This document shows, piece by piece, positions 1-13,899 of a stretch of DNA of 64,000 bases. The DNA is from Octopus vulgaris (lineage: Eukaryota). A program made the position numbers and the translations under genes. The DNA lies in NCBI GenBank assembly GCA_951406725.2, contig OX597815.1, positions 91,822,001-91,886,000 on the forward strand. The letters run 5' to 3'. The notes under the pieces were generated by a model. The model worked only from the letters and a program-made list of their open reading frames with translations. It did no database searches and was not told where the DNA came from. Numbering within the stretch: position 1 is the first letter of the stretch; every line of letters starts with the position of its first letter.

Positions 1-1904
1 ACTCCATCTGCTATGGCCTGCCACATTATCTGTATTTCTTATTCCAATACACAGCCTCCTTACATCAAACCAACCAATCTTTATTGCCAGACTAATATTA
101 ATCTTACCATCAATGTTCCCAAAATATTCCATGCTTTCTCCGTTGCTCCAGTTTTACCCATGTCTTCTTGTTTCTCTTTAACCTTGACATACACTGCGTA
201 CTCAACATATTTACAAACATCGCATCTGCCATCAATCTTTCTGCTTCACATGATATTCCTATTTTTATAGCAACCTTCATAACCAGAAAGATGTACAGTT
301 ATAACTGAAAAGAAGCATTGCTTTAAAAAAAGAAAAAAAAAGGAAGCAATGCATTTTCCAAAGTGATTATAAAATTGATTTCATTGTTATTTTTGTTTGT
401 CTTTTTCCTATTATTTTTGTTCTCTTCAAACTTTTGTTTTTCTTTGTTTTGCAATCCCTTCTCATTTCTACAGTTAATCCAGAATAGAACTTTCTTTTTC
501 TAATCTTTTCATCTTACTCTTTAAACTAACTCACTACTAAACTTAGAAAATATAATCTAGAAAATTCTATTCTTACATTATAAATATTACTTCAGTAATT
601 ATGAGCTGCTCACCAACTTTGCGAGATGTTACAAGTTCCCTAATAATTAGCTCCAAAATATGATATTTTCATGCTTAGCAAAGCCATTTTCTTTAAAGTT
701 ATGACTTACATAAATACAAAAATACAAGATAAAATATATTCTGTGGCTAGAATTTTGAAAATTTATACTTTCATACTTCTAACACTGAAAACATGAAATC
801 AAAAAATAATATTTCAAATTTATTTAAAATAATTATAAATAAAATTATTTCGTGTAATACAATACATTCAAACTTTATGATTTTTAATCCACCATAACTA
901 CTGCATCATAACAATATCAAAATTCTTCTTATCAATAAGGATAAAATTTTTATATATATATACATGCGTAAATGCATGATTATATATATATGTATGTATA
1001 TATGCATATATACATGTGTATGCTCCTGTAGAAGTACATATATATAAAAATATAGTTATATATATGTACACACACATATATATATAGATGTGTGCGTATA
1101 TGCATGTATGTATGTATGTATGTATGCGTGTGTATATGTATGTATATATAATATAAATTCAGTCACCAAAAATCCCAGACTATTTTGAACAATGGAATAT
1201 GAAAAACTATAGAAAATTATTATTTTTATCTACCTAAACATTACCAGAACATCTCTAAAATATGTTAACAGCAAATAATAAAGTTACTTTGATATTTCAT
1301 ATCCTTTGAGCAAATGTGTGTGTGTGGTGGGGGGGGGCGTGTGTGTATGATGTCTGTTTGCATCCATGTGTTTTTGGCACATTTATATTAATAGTTATCA
1401 TAAAATACCTGAAATTGAAACACCAAACCTGGAAACTTTATTTGAATGATTTTTTTCTTTCCGTTTTGTTTTGATTGGTTTTATTTTTCTGTGCTTCTGG
1501 TAAGTATAATTGGTCCCATTTTTAAGTGTGTTTGTTTTTTTGCAGGTGAGAATCATGTACCTGTTTATTAGCTCAAGTCCTTGTAATTATATGTCACCTG
1601 TTGGTGTCGTTTGATTTTTTGACCTATAACAGCTTGCAATGAAAATGAAAGGAGGACACGAATAAGCTAGAATGTAATATTTTCACATGTTTGCTTTCCA
1701 AAATATATATATGCATATATACACACACATATAGTATGCGTGTATTTGTGTGCATATGTATGTGTATTATGTTATATATACACTTGTATGTTCATATATA
1801 TGTATACCTGCATACACATAAATATATATAGTACATTAATATACATATGCATGTATATATAGGCCAGCATGGAAAGCAGACATTAAACAATGGTGATGTT
1901 GATG

Positions 1905-1906
1905 AT

Positions 1907-1943
<37 letters not shown>

Positions 1944-1969
1944 CATTTTCTATCTTGACTTTTTTTTCC

Positions 1970-2035
<66 letters not shown>
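1905..2035. repeat. (TA)n microsatellite tracts, representative of many TA/CA/TATG/CT/GATA tracts (e.g. 950-1150, 3385-3570, 6600-6655, 15995-16036, 29508-29573, 32520-32560, 39880-39925, 50005-50075, 55040-55100, 55290-55347, 57669-57720)
   Basis: Directly visible dinucleotide and tetranucleotide runs. Confidence 0.98.
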
Positions 2036-2037
<2 letters not shown>

Positions 2038-3484
2038 TGTGTTTACACATATATATGACACATACACATAGCATGGTACTGCTAGACATCTGACAATAAT
2101 GATAATTAATGTCTTAAGATATTTCTAAAAACCAACAATAATTATTATTTGATTAACATTATTACTTGTGTAATTAGACCTGTGGCATGGAAAACAAAAC
2201 CAAGTCAGCTTGTTTATAATCTGAAAACCATTGGTATAGACAGATTTTTGTATGTGCTAGGATTTGAACACAAAAGTAATGGGAATTAAGTACTAGGTTT
2301 CTTATTCATTTTAATAAAAAATGTTAATTCTTCAGCATTCACATTACTAATAGTGTTAGATATGTATTTTATTTTATAAAACAAGAAACCGATAATCAGG
2401 ACATAGCATAAACAAGAAACCTATGATCAGAACATATTTGGCTTTGCATGTGATTTTATGGGTTTGGGTGTGCAATACTCCTCAAGTAACATATCATCTT
2501 GCCTAAGAATGACATGGACGCTCAACCTGCTAGAAATAGCAGTCAGACATATTCAAACTCCTACTCTCTGAAAAAAATAAGCAAAAGATAAAATAGTTAT
2601 TGCAAGACTGGCCTGTGGCTAAAATATACAATTACAACTGAATTTACAGTTGCTAATTTGGCCAGCTTAAAAAGTTGTTTTTTAACTCATATCTAATAGA
2701 GTAATAATTTAACCATACTCACCTGTGTAGTAATATTAGGTTGAAAACATTGAGTTAGTTTTCCCTGTCAGTCCAAGAAATATTCAACACAGATTAAGAA
2801 GAGTGTATCCAGTGTATCAAATGTTCAGAGTTCTTTTTGTTTTGTTTCTTTTTCTTAATTATGTTTTCTTTTCTTATTTTCTTCTTATACTTTTATTCAA
2901 ATATTCCATTATACTCCATCATAAGTCATAATGCAAGCTGATGATGCATTTTGTTCAATTTACATTCTCAAACATGATTAATTGCACTAAAACTTTCCAT
3001 TTAAGAGCCCCGCTAAGTAAAATTAGAAGTAAAACATTTTTCCTTTAATAAAAAGCATCTTTTCAGTGTGTATATATATATATGAATGAAAATAAACTTT
3101 CCTTTCTTTCTTTCATATTTTTTTAGCTATTGAGACTCTAAAAAGAATACAAAAAAATTACTTTTGACTACATAGTGTTGCTAAACTTTTGTCTTACCCC
3201 CACAAAATTAGAGTTATATATATATATACATATATTCTCTGTATGGTGGGTAGGTCTGACCTCATCATCAATGGCTGTTCTATAAAGGTTGCTACCTGTT
3301 TTTAAAATATTATCACTGACATTGCTGTTTAGTTTTGACTCATCAGTTCACCTCCCTTTATAACAAACACCTACTCACATTCATACAATCATATACATAT
3401 ATATATATATATATACATACATATATACATATATATACATATATAGATATATAAATACATATATATATATATTATAAATATATA

Positions 3485-3521
<37 letters not shown>

Positions 3522-6500
3522 TGATTGGCTTATTTGAATGTGAGAAATCTGATATATATATATAGGCACATAGATACATATCCTATGTGTATATTAATCA
3601 ATTTATGCCTCAGTTTAGTGATGTGGTAAGTGTAGATATCTTTGTGCCCATCCAAATTTTAACATGCTCTTAGCTCACCAACCCAGGCATGCAAATGCAC
3701 TTGTTTTCACAAATAGCTGCATTTCTTACTCACTTGCACTCTTCAGGTTAGCTGGGATTTTTTTAGTTGTTTTTGGTTTTATTTGTCACATTAGAGTAAA
3801 GATTTTGTGCTTTCTTTGTTGTTGTTGTTGTTGTTCTTGTCAGTGATGTTGTTAGCACATTAAGTGTTGTGGGATTCTGAAAATGGTATGGTGTTTAATA
3901 TTTGGTTTTAATTTTGAGAAATATTTAGACAGTGTTGCAACGATGTTGTCTTCAGAAAATTCACTTACTTCACTGAGAATTGACTCTGTAAAATCTAGAC
4001 AAATGCTTCTATTTTTATTTTATTTTTTTTCACTGCCTTTTTAACATGTATGTCAAAAATACATGTTGCATTCAACAGGAGCTTCAGCTTCTACCTCATA
4101 TATTTTTAGTTTTTATATCATAGGATGTTCAAATAGAATAGGAATTCTGAATATTTTGCATTTTTATATGTCCATAACTATTCTGCAATATATATTTACA
4201 TTTTAAACAGAGCAAAATATGTAACTATAAAAAGAACACGTATGATAAGTAATAAAAATATGAAAACCAGTTTCTCACATTTTTATATTCTGTCATACAT
4301 ACATTCATATATGTTTGTGTATTTTTGTGTGTACACGTACATATTTTGTTTTGTTTAAATTCTAAACGTCTATTTACTATTGAATTCTGGATAAATTTAC
4401 ACTAAATTTAATTTAAAACTCTAGCAGCATGAAATTCAAGTCATAAGACAAAGTTTCAGTTTCAATAAAAAATTTGCTCAATATGTGTGTGTGTAAATGT
4501 ATATGTATGTATGTGTGTATGTATATAATTAAAAGAAACTGACAAAAGCCCCACAATGCTACATAACGAGAAAAGTAAATTTATTCAGTATTTTTGTTTG
4601 ATCAAATTCCTTTTAATAGCTCATTAAACTGAAAGGTTGAAATTGAATGTTTTTAGTACATTTTTCAGTAATTGACATGAAATAATAATAATTATCTAAT
4701 AAAACCAAGTTTCAGTTGTTATATGACCCTTGAGGCATTATTAATTCAGTTAAGTGTGTGGATGATCAAGCTGATAAGGTACCAGATTATCATACAAGAC
4801 ATTGGTAATTCATATTTTGACATCACTTCTGCATGGCTAAGACACTTAACTCTCAATTGCTTATTTCACCTTTGAGTGGTATATTCCACCACTGTAATTA
4901 ATATCAGCACAGTATTATTGTCAAGTGTTTCATTAACTTGCAGTACCAAAGCAACTCCAGTCTATTCATCCTTCTAATCACTTTATAACGACCAATTTTC
5001 ACTGATACTCCTATTCCAGCTACCAAAATATCCATTACAGTTATGGTCATGACAGACACCATCATTGCCGCTAATGATCAATTGATATATTTAAAATTGA
5101 CTGCTGTCAGAATTTTTTCTTTTTTTCTTACACTACACAATCAAGGAATTCCTTAATAGAGTTTCTTGCCACCATATAATACAATAATTCATATCATCAT
5201 TCTTCTTTCCTCTGTATATACCATTGAGCAGTTCTGTAGTCTGAATTCATCAGTGTGGCCTTAGGCTAAAACTAAAATTAGTTCTTTTAAGTTATTTCAG
5301 TTGTAGCATAATTTCTCTCTAAAATTTCTGATTGAAATTTTAAATTAAAGTCCTTTCTTTAGAAATTATCTTTATGCAGATTGAGGGGAAATATCTTGAT
5401 TCATGACAGAAGTAATTTGAAATAGTCTAGAATTAATCTTCACCCTAAAGGCTGCTTATTTTGATCACAATTTTCTGAGACCCTCTTTAAATAAAGTCTT
5501 TCTCTTCAGATATTGAACTTCATTCTTAAAAGGCATCTATCTCAACCAACCTATTATGGCTTCTAACTGGAACAGATAGTACATAATGGAAATAAGAAGA
5601 GAACGAATTAAAAGTTTTTAATTTAAGCACTATTAAAGAATAGTTTAAGTGGAAATCAATCTTAAACATCCTTAAGGTCAGCAAAGAAATTATTAATGAC
5701 CTGATACATTAACTACAATCATAAAAATAAACTTTATTGCACTTCTATAAATTCTTTATAATCAAAGCTATCAAATAAATCTCTGCCTCCTTTCTCTTTG
5801 TCTCTCTCTTCTCACTTTCCCCCACTTTGCTTTTTCTCTCAACTCTCATTCTATCAGCATATTATTTCTGCCTCATATGTAAATGGGTTTAATAGTAGTG
5901 TTAATCTCTATTTAGCCACTATAATAGTTTTAAGTATTGTTAGTGATGACTGACATATTTAATCCCAATATCTGTGTGTGCATCAGTTTCTAATGCAAGT
6001 CATAGACTTCCACATTTTAACCAAACATTTGAAGTTTCTTTTGATGAATCTGATCAGCAGTTCAGTGTTGAATTTTTTGGCCTTGAGACAAGACTGGTAT
6101 TCCCTGATTCAGGCAAAACCAATAGAAATTATTCTATAGTGCAATTATTTAATTATAGTGCAACTATTTAACATTTATTAGCTTTCAAGACACTTTGTTG
6201 AAAAGTTATTTTGCCCCCATAGCCACTCCATAAAACAGAATGGATAATTTATGAAATGTCCATGGAAAATTTTTGTGTCTTTCCAGAGAGTATTTGAAGC
6301 AAGGAAATGAAATCACAACATGGCAAATAGACACAGCTTACTAAAAGATTAATTTCTTATTTGGGCACAAAATTTATAAGAAGGGAGTATAGGTGAATGA
6401 ATTAATCCTAATACACTCTGTTGTTGGCCCTGGAGAGATGACAGGAAAAGTCACCCTTGACAGGATGTAATTGCAGAAGGTAAAATGCCATAACTAAATA

Positions 6501-6593
6501 CCCTCAGGCCTTATTTAACCCATCATTCTGCCATTAATTAATATGAATGTTAACTTAAGAACTTATTTACTTATTAAAAGTATTTATGTGTGT

Positions 6594-6659
<66 letters not shown>

Positions 6660-6714
6660 ATATTGACCAAACCATCAGATGCTGTTATACACTGCTGGTC
6701 ACAATGCACTTCCA

Positions 6715-7345
6715 GTTCTGTCTTGATGGCACCATTTTTTTTCCATCTCAACCCAAATTGCTTGATTAAATCATCTTCTCATCAACATGGTGGCCTTCTA
6801 AGCAGCCCTTTCTGATCTCTTGGATACTTACTACTCAGCAACTGCATGGGTCCACCTGTTGTTTGTAAGCTTTGCAACATGTCCATTCTTGAATTATCTC
6901 ATTTCAGATGTGCTCTCTTAGTGATATTCCTAGCATGTACCTTTCCAAGGGCCTTTGCATCATAGCCAATCAATGTTCTATTCTCTTCATAGTAGCCTAC
7001 GTCTCATTTGCATATAAGAGCATAAGTAGGATGGTGCTGTTGAAGAGTCTGGTACATATGGCATTGTCTAGCTTTGTTTGGAGCACATCCATAATTGAGT
7101 TAAAGGCCTTCCATCCTACCCTTATTCTCTTTGAGATTTCAGCATCCATATCTCAGCTCATATTCATTGTGTGACCTAAGTAGACATGCTCCTTTATCTC
7201 ATTGATTTCATCACCACCACCACCCACTACTATTTGGCCTTGTACTACATCTGACTGCATATATTTTGTTTTTGTGTGGTTCATTTTAAACCTATTCCTA
7301 AGCTCTGAGTGTTCAGCTCTGTCATCATGGTCTGCAGTATATTGT
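6715..7345 (-). mobile_element. Degenerate RTE-clade LINE, 3' RT fragment
   Basis: Minus-strand peptides NHTKTKYMQ...EINEIKEHVYLGHTMNM and GHVAKLTNNRWTHAVAE*YPRD..RRPP resemble the RTE ORF C-terminus; stops and frameshifts present. Confidence 0.75.
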
Positions 7346-9975
7346 ACTTGTGTGCGTGTATGTGTATATTTGCATATGCACATATTCATATATATTTATT
7401 AAAAATTTTTCATTTTGCAGTTTTTCTGAAGCCTACACATTCACACAGTATAAGCAACAAAACTGCTCAACAAACATTGCAAGTAGCCCCCTACCTCTCT
7501 CTTTCTTTTTATAGACATGACGATATGGCCTGATCTCAGTTATTGTTATATTTTGGTAGGTGCAAAAAAGAAATAAATATGTTTCACTCCAACTGTCAGC
7601 TTAGTAACTAGGTTAGGTCCAGATTTACTGAGATCAGCTGATAAATTGGCTTCATTAAATGAATGAATTCATCCTTGGATGGACAGAATTACTTCATAAT
7701 CTGCAATAAATTTATAGTAACTTTTACGTAAATTAAAAGTACAAATTAGATATGTGTCAGGTATCTTTTAATACCAGAAAGTTCTTGCAATGATACTTGT
7801 AAGATTAATGGCAAAATAGTAGAGTGGATAAAGTATGATACTTTATCATACTATCAACTTATAAATCATGAGTTCAAATTCACTCCATTTCATTGTGTGT
7901 TAAAACCATACACTCCATTTTACATACCTCAATTTACCTAGCTACTGGTAATAGTGTCCAAACCTGAGAATATCTCTCTACATTAAACTGCCATCCCATT
8001 CATGTTCAAACCTAAGAGAGACTTATATGAAATCTGAACTAATTGCTGTTTATTATGGACTCTCTGAAGTTTTCAGAAACATCCTCATCTTAATAATTTC
8101 CAAAAATGCTTCATCATCAAAATTTCAACACAGAGGCTTTAAGACAAGTCATTACTAATTAATGATTATTCAGTGAACTGTATGATATTACAATTTCAAA
8201 TTTAGGTAAACTGATGAAAGAAGTTATTTGCTCCTAAAACAACATAAGGCATTGTTAAAATATTGAGTTTCTTGAAAGATAAATTAAAATTAATGTTTCA
8301 TCATACTTCAGTTTCCTTGCCAATATGTGAATTGCTGTTAACTAATGGCATTTTCATTCTGCCACTAACCAGTACTAGATCACTGATCAAAGCAGCTTTC
8401 TCAAAGTCTCAAACTTATCTTTGATACGGAGATCCAACAAATATTTCCTCTTCTTACAAAAATAAGCATTATCATTGGAAATCTATTGGATTCTATAAAT
8501 GTATTGCTTGGTGCTGTGTAGCAGCAAGTTGGCAGATTTGTTACAGAGAAAGGAACTAAATGCTTTGCAGTGTATAGTTTTGCCAGTTTCCATTCTGAGT
8601 TTGAATTCCACCTCAGTTGATTTTGTCTTTCATTTTACCATGGTTAATGGAATGAGTATGAATAATGTATTGTGTTAATTTGATTGAATATATCCATCCC
8701 TTTACAAAATTGGCCTTGTGCTTTGTGTGAAGGTACTGTTAAATAATAGTTCCTAGAAACAGCATAATATCAAACTAAATGTCTCACTGTTTTTAATTTC
8801 GCTCTCTTGCATCCAGCTTCATATTCTGTTGTGTCCTCTTGAGTTGATAAGTTATATACCTCTAATGTATTGATCCAATGATCTATATCTCCTCATCTGT
8901 AAAATATTGACTTGGTGCTTAATCAAAAATAAAATCAGTATTGTTATTAGTGCTAGCAACTAGCAATATAATAGTCAATTCAATCAACTCTACTCCTTTC
9001 CCTTACTAATATCGGTCTTGTACTTAAATAAGAAAGCAATGCATTGTAAGATTCCATGTACCATGTGGCATAAAAAAGCAAGCTTCCAAGAAGCTGGGTC
9101 CATAAATTAGTTTTGATAAGTTGAAACCATTTCACTTTATTTGTGCCACTAATTCCTTTAAACAAGTGCAGTGTGACCAAATGGTTTAAAAGTTTATTTC
9201 ACTACAAGGTCATTGCTTCAATTCCACTGTATGACATCTTGGGCAAATGCCATTTTCTATAGCCCTGAGTTGACCCATACTTTGTGATTGAAATTGGGGA
9301 GTCATATAGAAGTCCATCATATGGCCAGTACTTTTAATTCAAAAGGCATAACCTTGTAACATACTGTGTCATGCTGATTTTGCCTAAGAATCATGTTAAT
9401 TCAAGAGCAAGTAATTTAGATAATCCAACAACTGAATCCCCATAATTGAACAATGGATATCCATCACCACCACCTCCTTTAAGATGGATATAAGTATTAC
9501 TTCTTCCAAATCCCTTAAAATATAAAACCACTTGATTTTGATCAAAAGAAATCAATGTATTTTAAAGTTCTGTAGAACAAGAGGGCTACATATCCTGATA
9601 TACTAAACACACAAACCAAGACACTTCATTTACCCAACTAATATTCTTGGAAACAACTTCTTTTTTCCCTTTTTAAATACAGAAACTTCATAAGCAGGAA
9701 AAAATAGTTATATGCTTAAAAAGGGCACAAAGTCACTAGTTCATATGTCTATCTTCTTTAAATATAAAACTTTCTTTTAACTGATCAAAAGAAAGCAATA
9801 TGTTTTAAAACTAATCTATGATGAACACTATAGAACATAAAAGTCTTCAGTTTTCTAGATGGAATCCATTTCATTTTATGAAACATAACACTCTGAATAG
9901 GATGTTAGTCTGTTGCAGCTAGCTTTTTCTGAAGTGAATCAAGTATTGGTGGCCAGTGAAGCCTTTATTAGTTTA

Positions 9976-10034
9976 AAGTATAATTTGCTACCTTTAGAAG
10001 TAGCAGCTACTTCTAAAGGTAGCAAATTATACTT
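9976..10034. repeat. Perfect 29-bp inverted repeat with 1-nt spacer
   Basis: aagtataatttgctacctttagaagtagc-a-gctacttctaaaggtagcaaattatactt. Confidence 0.97.
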
Positions 10035-13000
10035 ACTGCTCTGCAATACTTGAACTGGACTGTTGAAAATGAAGCTTCTTTGGCCACTGATACATGAAAC
10101 TCTAGTAACAGATTTAAACTGTTAAATGATATTCCAGTGACTTAATCATTTGCATTTTTTTCATATATATATATATATATATATATATGCATGTGTGTGT
10201 GTGTGTGTATGTGTGAGTTAATGATGACTTATTTATATAATAACTTTGTTAAAAAGAATTTTATTCTGAGTTATTGAAAGTGTTAAGTGAAAAAGAGAAA
10301 AACAAACAATTGAAAAGATAATGTGACAGTTAAGGTAATATATTCCTACAAATGGTCAATCCCATACAACTAAAAAAACCCATTTAGTTTATGTAGGATA
10401 AATCAGCTTTGCAAATCTCATTTCTCTCTTCATCAAAGATAAACTGAGTTTAACACTGCAAGCTAGTGAAACAATGCTGAATCTGGTACCTATCTGTTTA
10501 CAACTTGATGGATTAAGCCATTTAAGGTTAGTGACAGGATTTGAATGGCTGAGTCTTTAGTTGGTCATCTTGCATCCCATCATCTCAGCCCTTTTTCTAG
10601 CTTTCAATCATATAATAAGCATTTGGTTAAAAAAAAACACACTATCTGAAATAAAATTGCCAAGTAATCTTAGTTGTTTGGTGACTACTAAAGGATTCAT
10701 TTTCATATAAAGTGAGAATGATTTATCCTGGTGAAGCTCGTTCCTCTCCAGATCATTGATTTAAACTAAAATATGGTATGAAACAGCTCAATTGGAATTG
10801 CAGATCAATTTTCCAAGATTTTTCACCATTTTGCAGAGGTCATACCTTAATCACCTAAAAAGCAGTCTTTCTACATAAACTTAATGAAATAATCAACAAA
10901 CTTGCAACATTGTTTGTGAATACTGATCTTGTAATGGTATGTATAATTATAGTGTTCAAATTGGTAGCATGAAACACCCACCCAGCCAACCTTGAATTAG
11001 CATGTTCAAATTTTGTAACCAAGGAAGCAGTTCTGTACATTAAAATGCTGTGATGTATATCAGTTGTATGTAAGCAGGTGAGAGGTGTGTAAGTTTGACA
11101 GAATGTTACTTCTATGTGACATACAAGAGAGAATAAAAGACAATTTGTGTGTGAGAAAGAGAGAAAATGAGTCAACTAGAATGTCAGGAATATTTTTCAT
11201 CTTTGCAATTTAGTTGGACTGATCAGCACCTTTCATCTGTCTTTGTGAATATTCAATTTATCAAATGTAAAAATTTTCTTGTATTAGTTTGTGTTTTGTA
11301 AAGTTATTTAGAATTAAAAAAAAAAACTGGAAATACCTTGTATAAGATGATTCGTACTACATTTTAACAAGATAACCGTTAACTAAAACTAGTTTAATAG
11401 TTTAATCTGATTTCTCTGTCTAAACAAAACATCAAAAAATATTTAAAGATATAATAAAATTATTCAAATTTCTAAGTTCAGTGAAGGAAGCTACAATATT
11501 TTATAAAAGATTTTTGTCATCAACTTTTACCTTTTATTTGATTTAATGAAATAATTGTGTAGAAAGCTTGTTAGCTGGCAGCCATATTGGTTCTATATTC
11601 CAAACTGAGAAATTCAAACACTCAGGGAATTATGTTTTTCTTTTATTTTTTATTTTGTGTTTTTTTTTTTACCTTTACATCTGCAATGTAGATAATTTCA
11701 AACACCATTTTTTGGCCATTGAATTTATCCTCTGTAGAAATAGTACTGAGATTTTCATTCAAACTTCTCAAATTCTTGCCTTGTACTAATGTTTGTTCGT
11801 TGGTTGTTTTCTTTCCTTTTTTAATTTTTTTTTTTTTTCGGAAACACTCTATGAAGATTACAAGTGAAAAAGGAAGAGAAAAGAATTTCTTCAATATTGT
11901 TTCAGCAATTCTTTTATGCCATGTTGTGATAGGTAGCACTGATATTCTGTCATAACAGTTGAACATGTCTTTAGTTCTATTCATATATATCTCGATCAAT
12001 AAAAGAACTATATTTTCATAACCTGGGTTTTTTTTTCATTGTTTATCTTCCAAAATGTTTGAATCTTTATAAAAATAAATGTTTGTAGCTGTTTTATTTT
12101 TTTTTTAATCTTCACTCTCCATCTCTCTTTCTCTCACTCCCTCTTTTTCATTTTTTTTTTCTTTTGTGACAAACATCTGTAACATTTGTTACAATAGTTT
12201 GCTGTCTGCTGTCCAGTTGATAATGCTTATTATATTGCATGTAACAACTTACACATCACATTTTTTTGTTTTGCTTCTTATATTTACCATTAAGGTTTAT
12301 GTTATTATTGACATTGTTGTTAGTCTTTGATGGGGTTTTTTTTAATGTATTTCGCAGTCTTTTACAGCTTCCTGCCAATCTCTGTGTTACTTCGATATTA
12401 TGATATGACATTCATCTTCATGTAATAGAAATGTTCTTTGGCATTTGAATACATTTTTTTTTATCTCTACATTTTGTCATGTAGTTATAAGCATGGCATT
12501 TTTAATATCTAGTAAGTACAAAAAAGTCAAGACTAGTCGTATGATTTTCATTTTTTGTGGGGCAGTGGAGGAGCTCCCTCACTTCTACAATGAATGTATC
12601 AAATGTAATGAAGAAAAGAATTCACAAGTGCATATGTTTAGTTTAATTACCATTATGGCTCTACCAAAATACACCAATATATTGCTTATTTTATAAAATA
12701 ACAAAATCAGTACAGATGAATTCCACCAGGCTGACTTGTCCCAGAGACCAAAATCTGTGAAAAAGGAATTTATCAGCATGAGGATAATCTGTAAACCTAT
12801 GGAAAATTAATGATGCAGGCTTGGAGACTGCATCATACTTCAGTTGTTGCTTTGACATGGTTTCTACATTGGATGTCTTTCCTAATGCCAACCACTATAC
12901 AGTGTGTTCAGGATGCTTTTTTCATAATAACAGCACTATGGAGGTCACCAAGCAGCTTGCAAGACTAAAATCCCTTTTGACTGGGTGTGGCTACAGTGTA

Positions 13001-13109
13001 TAGGGAGACTACTTTAAACTAGGAAATACATGAGAGAAGGGGCCAAACAGAGCAGGTTTCTTGCTGTAGAGAAGCTACATGGTTATATCACATAGTAAAC
13101 AGTATATGT

Positions 13110-13445
13110 GGATGGGTGGTTAAGAAATTCAGTTCATATCCACATGGCTTTGAGTTCAGCCCCGCAACTTAACACCTTGAGTAAGTGTCCTCTACTATAG
13201 TACCAGGCTTACTAAAACCTTGTTTGTGGATTTAGCAACCTTAAAAGCAATGTCATTCAGTCGTAATCTTTTGTGAAAACACTAGACATTGTGCTGGTCA
13301 CATTTGAAGGACAAGGGGGAAATATTATCTTGCTTGGAGACAGTGGAGTGTTGACAACAGGAAAAGCATCCAACCATAAAAGATCTGCTTCAATGAATTT
13401 CATTTGCTACATGCAAGAATGGAAAACTGGACATTAAACCAAAAG
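13110..13445 (+). mobile_element. Degenerate SINE-like interspersed repeat (family with an aagggcatccagcc motif and (GAT)n tail)
   Basis: tRNA-like head (gtggttaaga...gagttcagcccc). Similar copies at ~29595-30020, 30395-30750 and 61770-61965, and on the minus strand at ~55350-55510 and 62690-62830. Confidence 0.6.
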
Positions 13446-13899
13446 TAGTTTTGATGATGATGATGGTGTGTGTGTGTGTTGCATACATGTGTGCATGAAT
13501 TTTTACATTTTACACTTCTCCAAATAAAATCAATGACATTTGTTAACATTTCTCTGACAGAAAAATTATCCATTAGCTCTGCACTTTCAAAGATGAGTGC
13601 TCTGCATGTAACTAACCCTATGGCTTGGGACATGAAATGGAACCTGGCTGTGAAAACAATGCTTTTGTTATATGTATTCATCTAACTCATGTTAGTTTGA
13701 GAAAATGGATGTAAAATAAATGACCCACCAAAACATGATATGAAAATGCATAATGAACTGTAGCAGATGAGCAGCATGCTTTTTTAAACATCACATTAAA
13801 GAGAGTACAGCAGCTGATTTGGCTGCAGCAGATAACAAGCGAAAACTACACACAAAGTCATCATAAATTACAAACAAAAGATGACAACCACAGATGCCC

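Noticed and set aside
1792-2089. ORFs rich in YI/HT/CV repeats (also 19.7-20.6, 33.0-33.7, 38.9-39.7 and 53.8-54.2 kb)
   Set aside because: Translations of microsatellites that lack stop codons; not proteins.
2718-2780. Perfect minus-strand donor CAG|GTGAGT with a possible 42-nt micro-exon
   Set aside because: Expected by chance in 64 kb; no recognisable peptide. It would need RNA-seq support.
5974-6171. Peptide PHFNQTFEVSF resembling a C2-domain motif
   Set aside because: Stops lie immediately upstream, there are no convincing splice boundaries or companion exons, and the match is too short.
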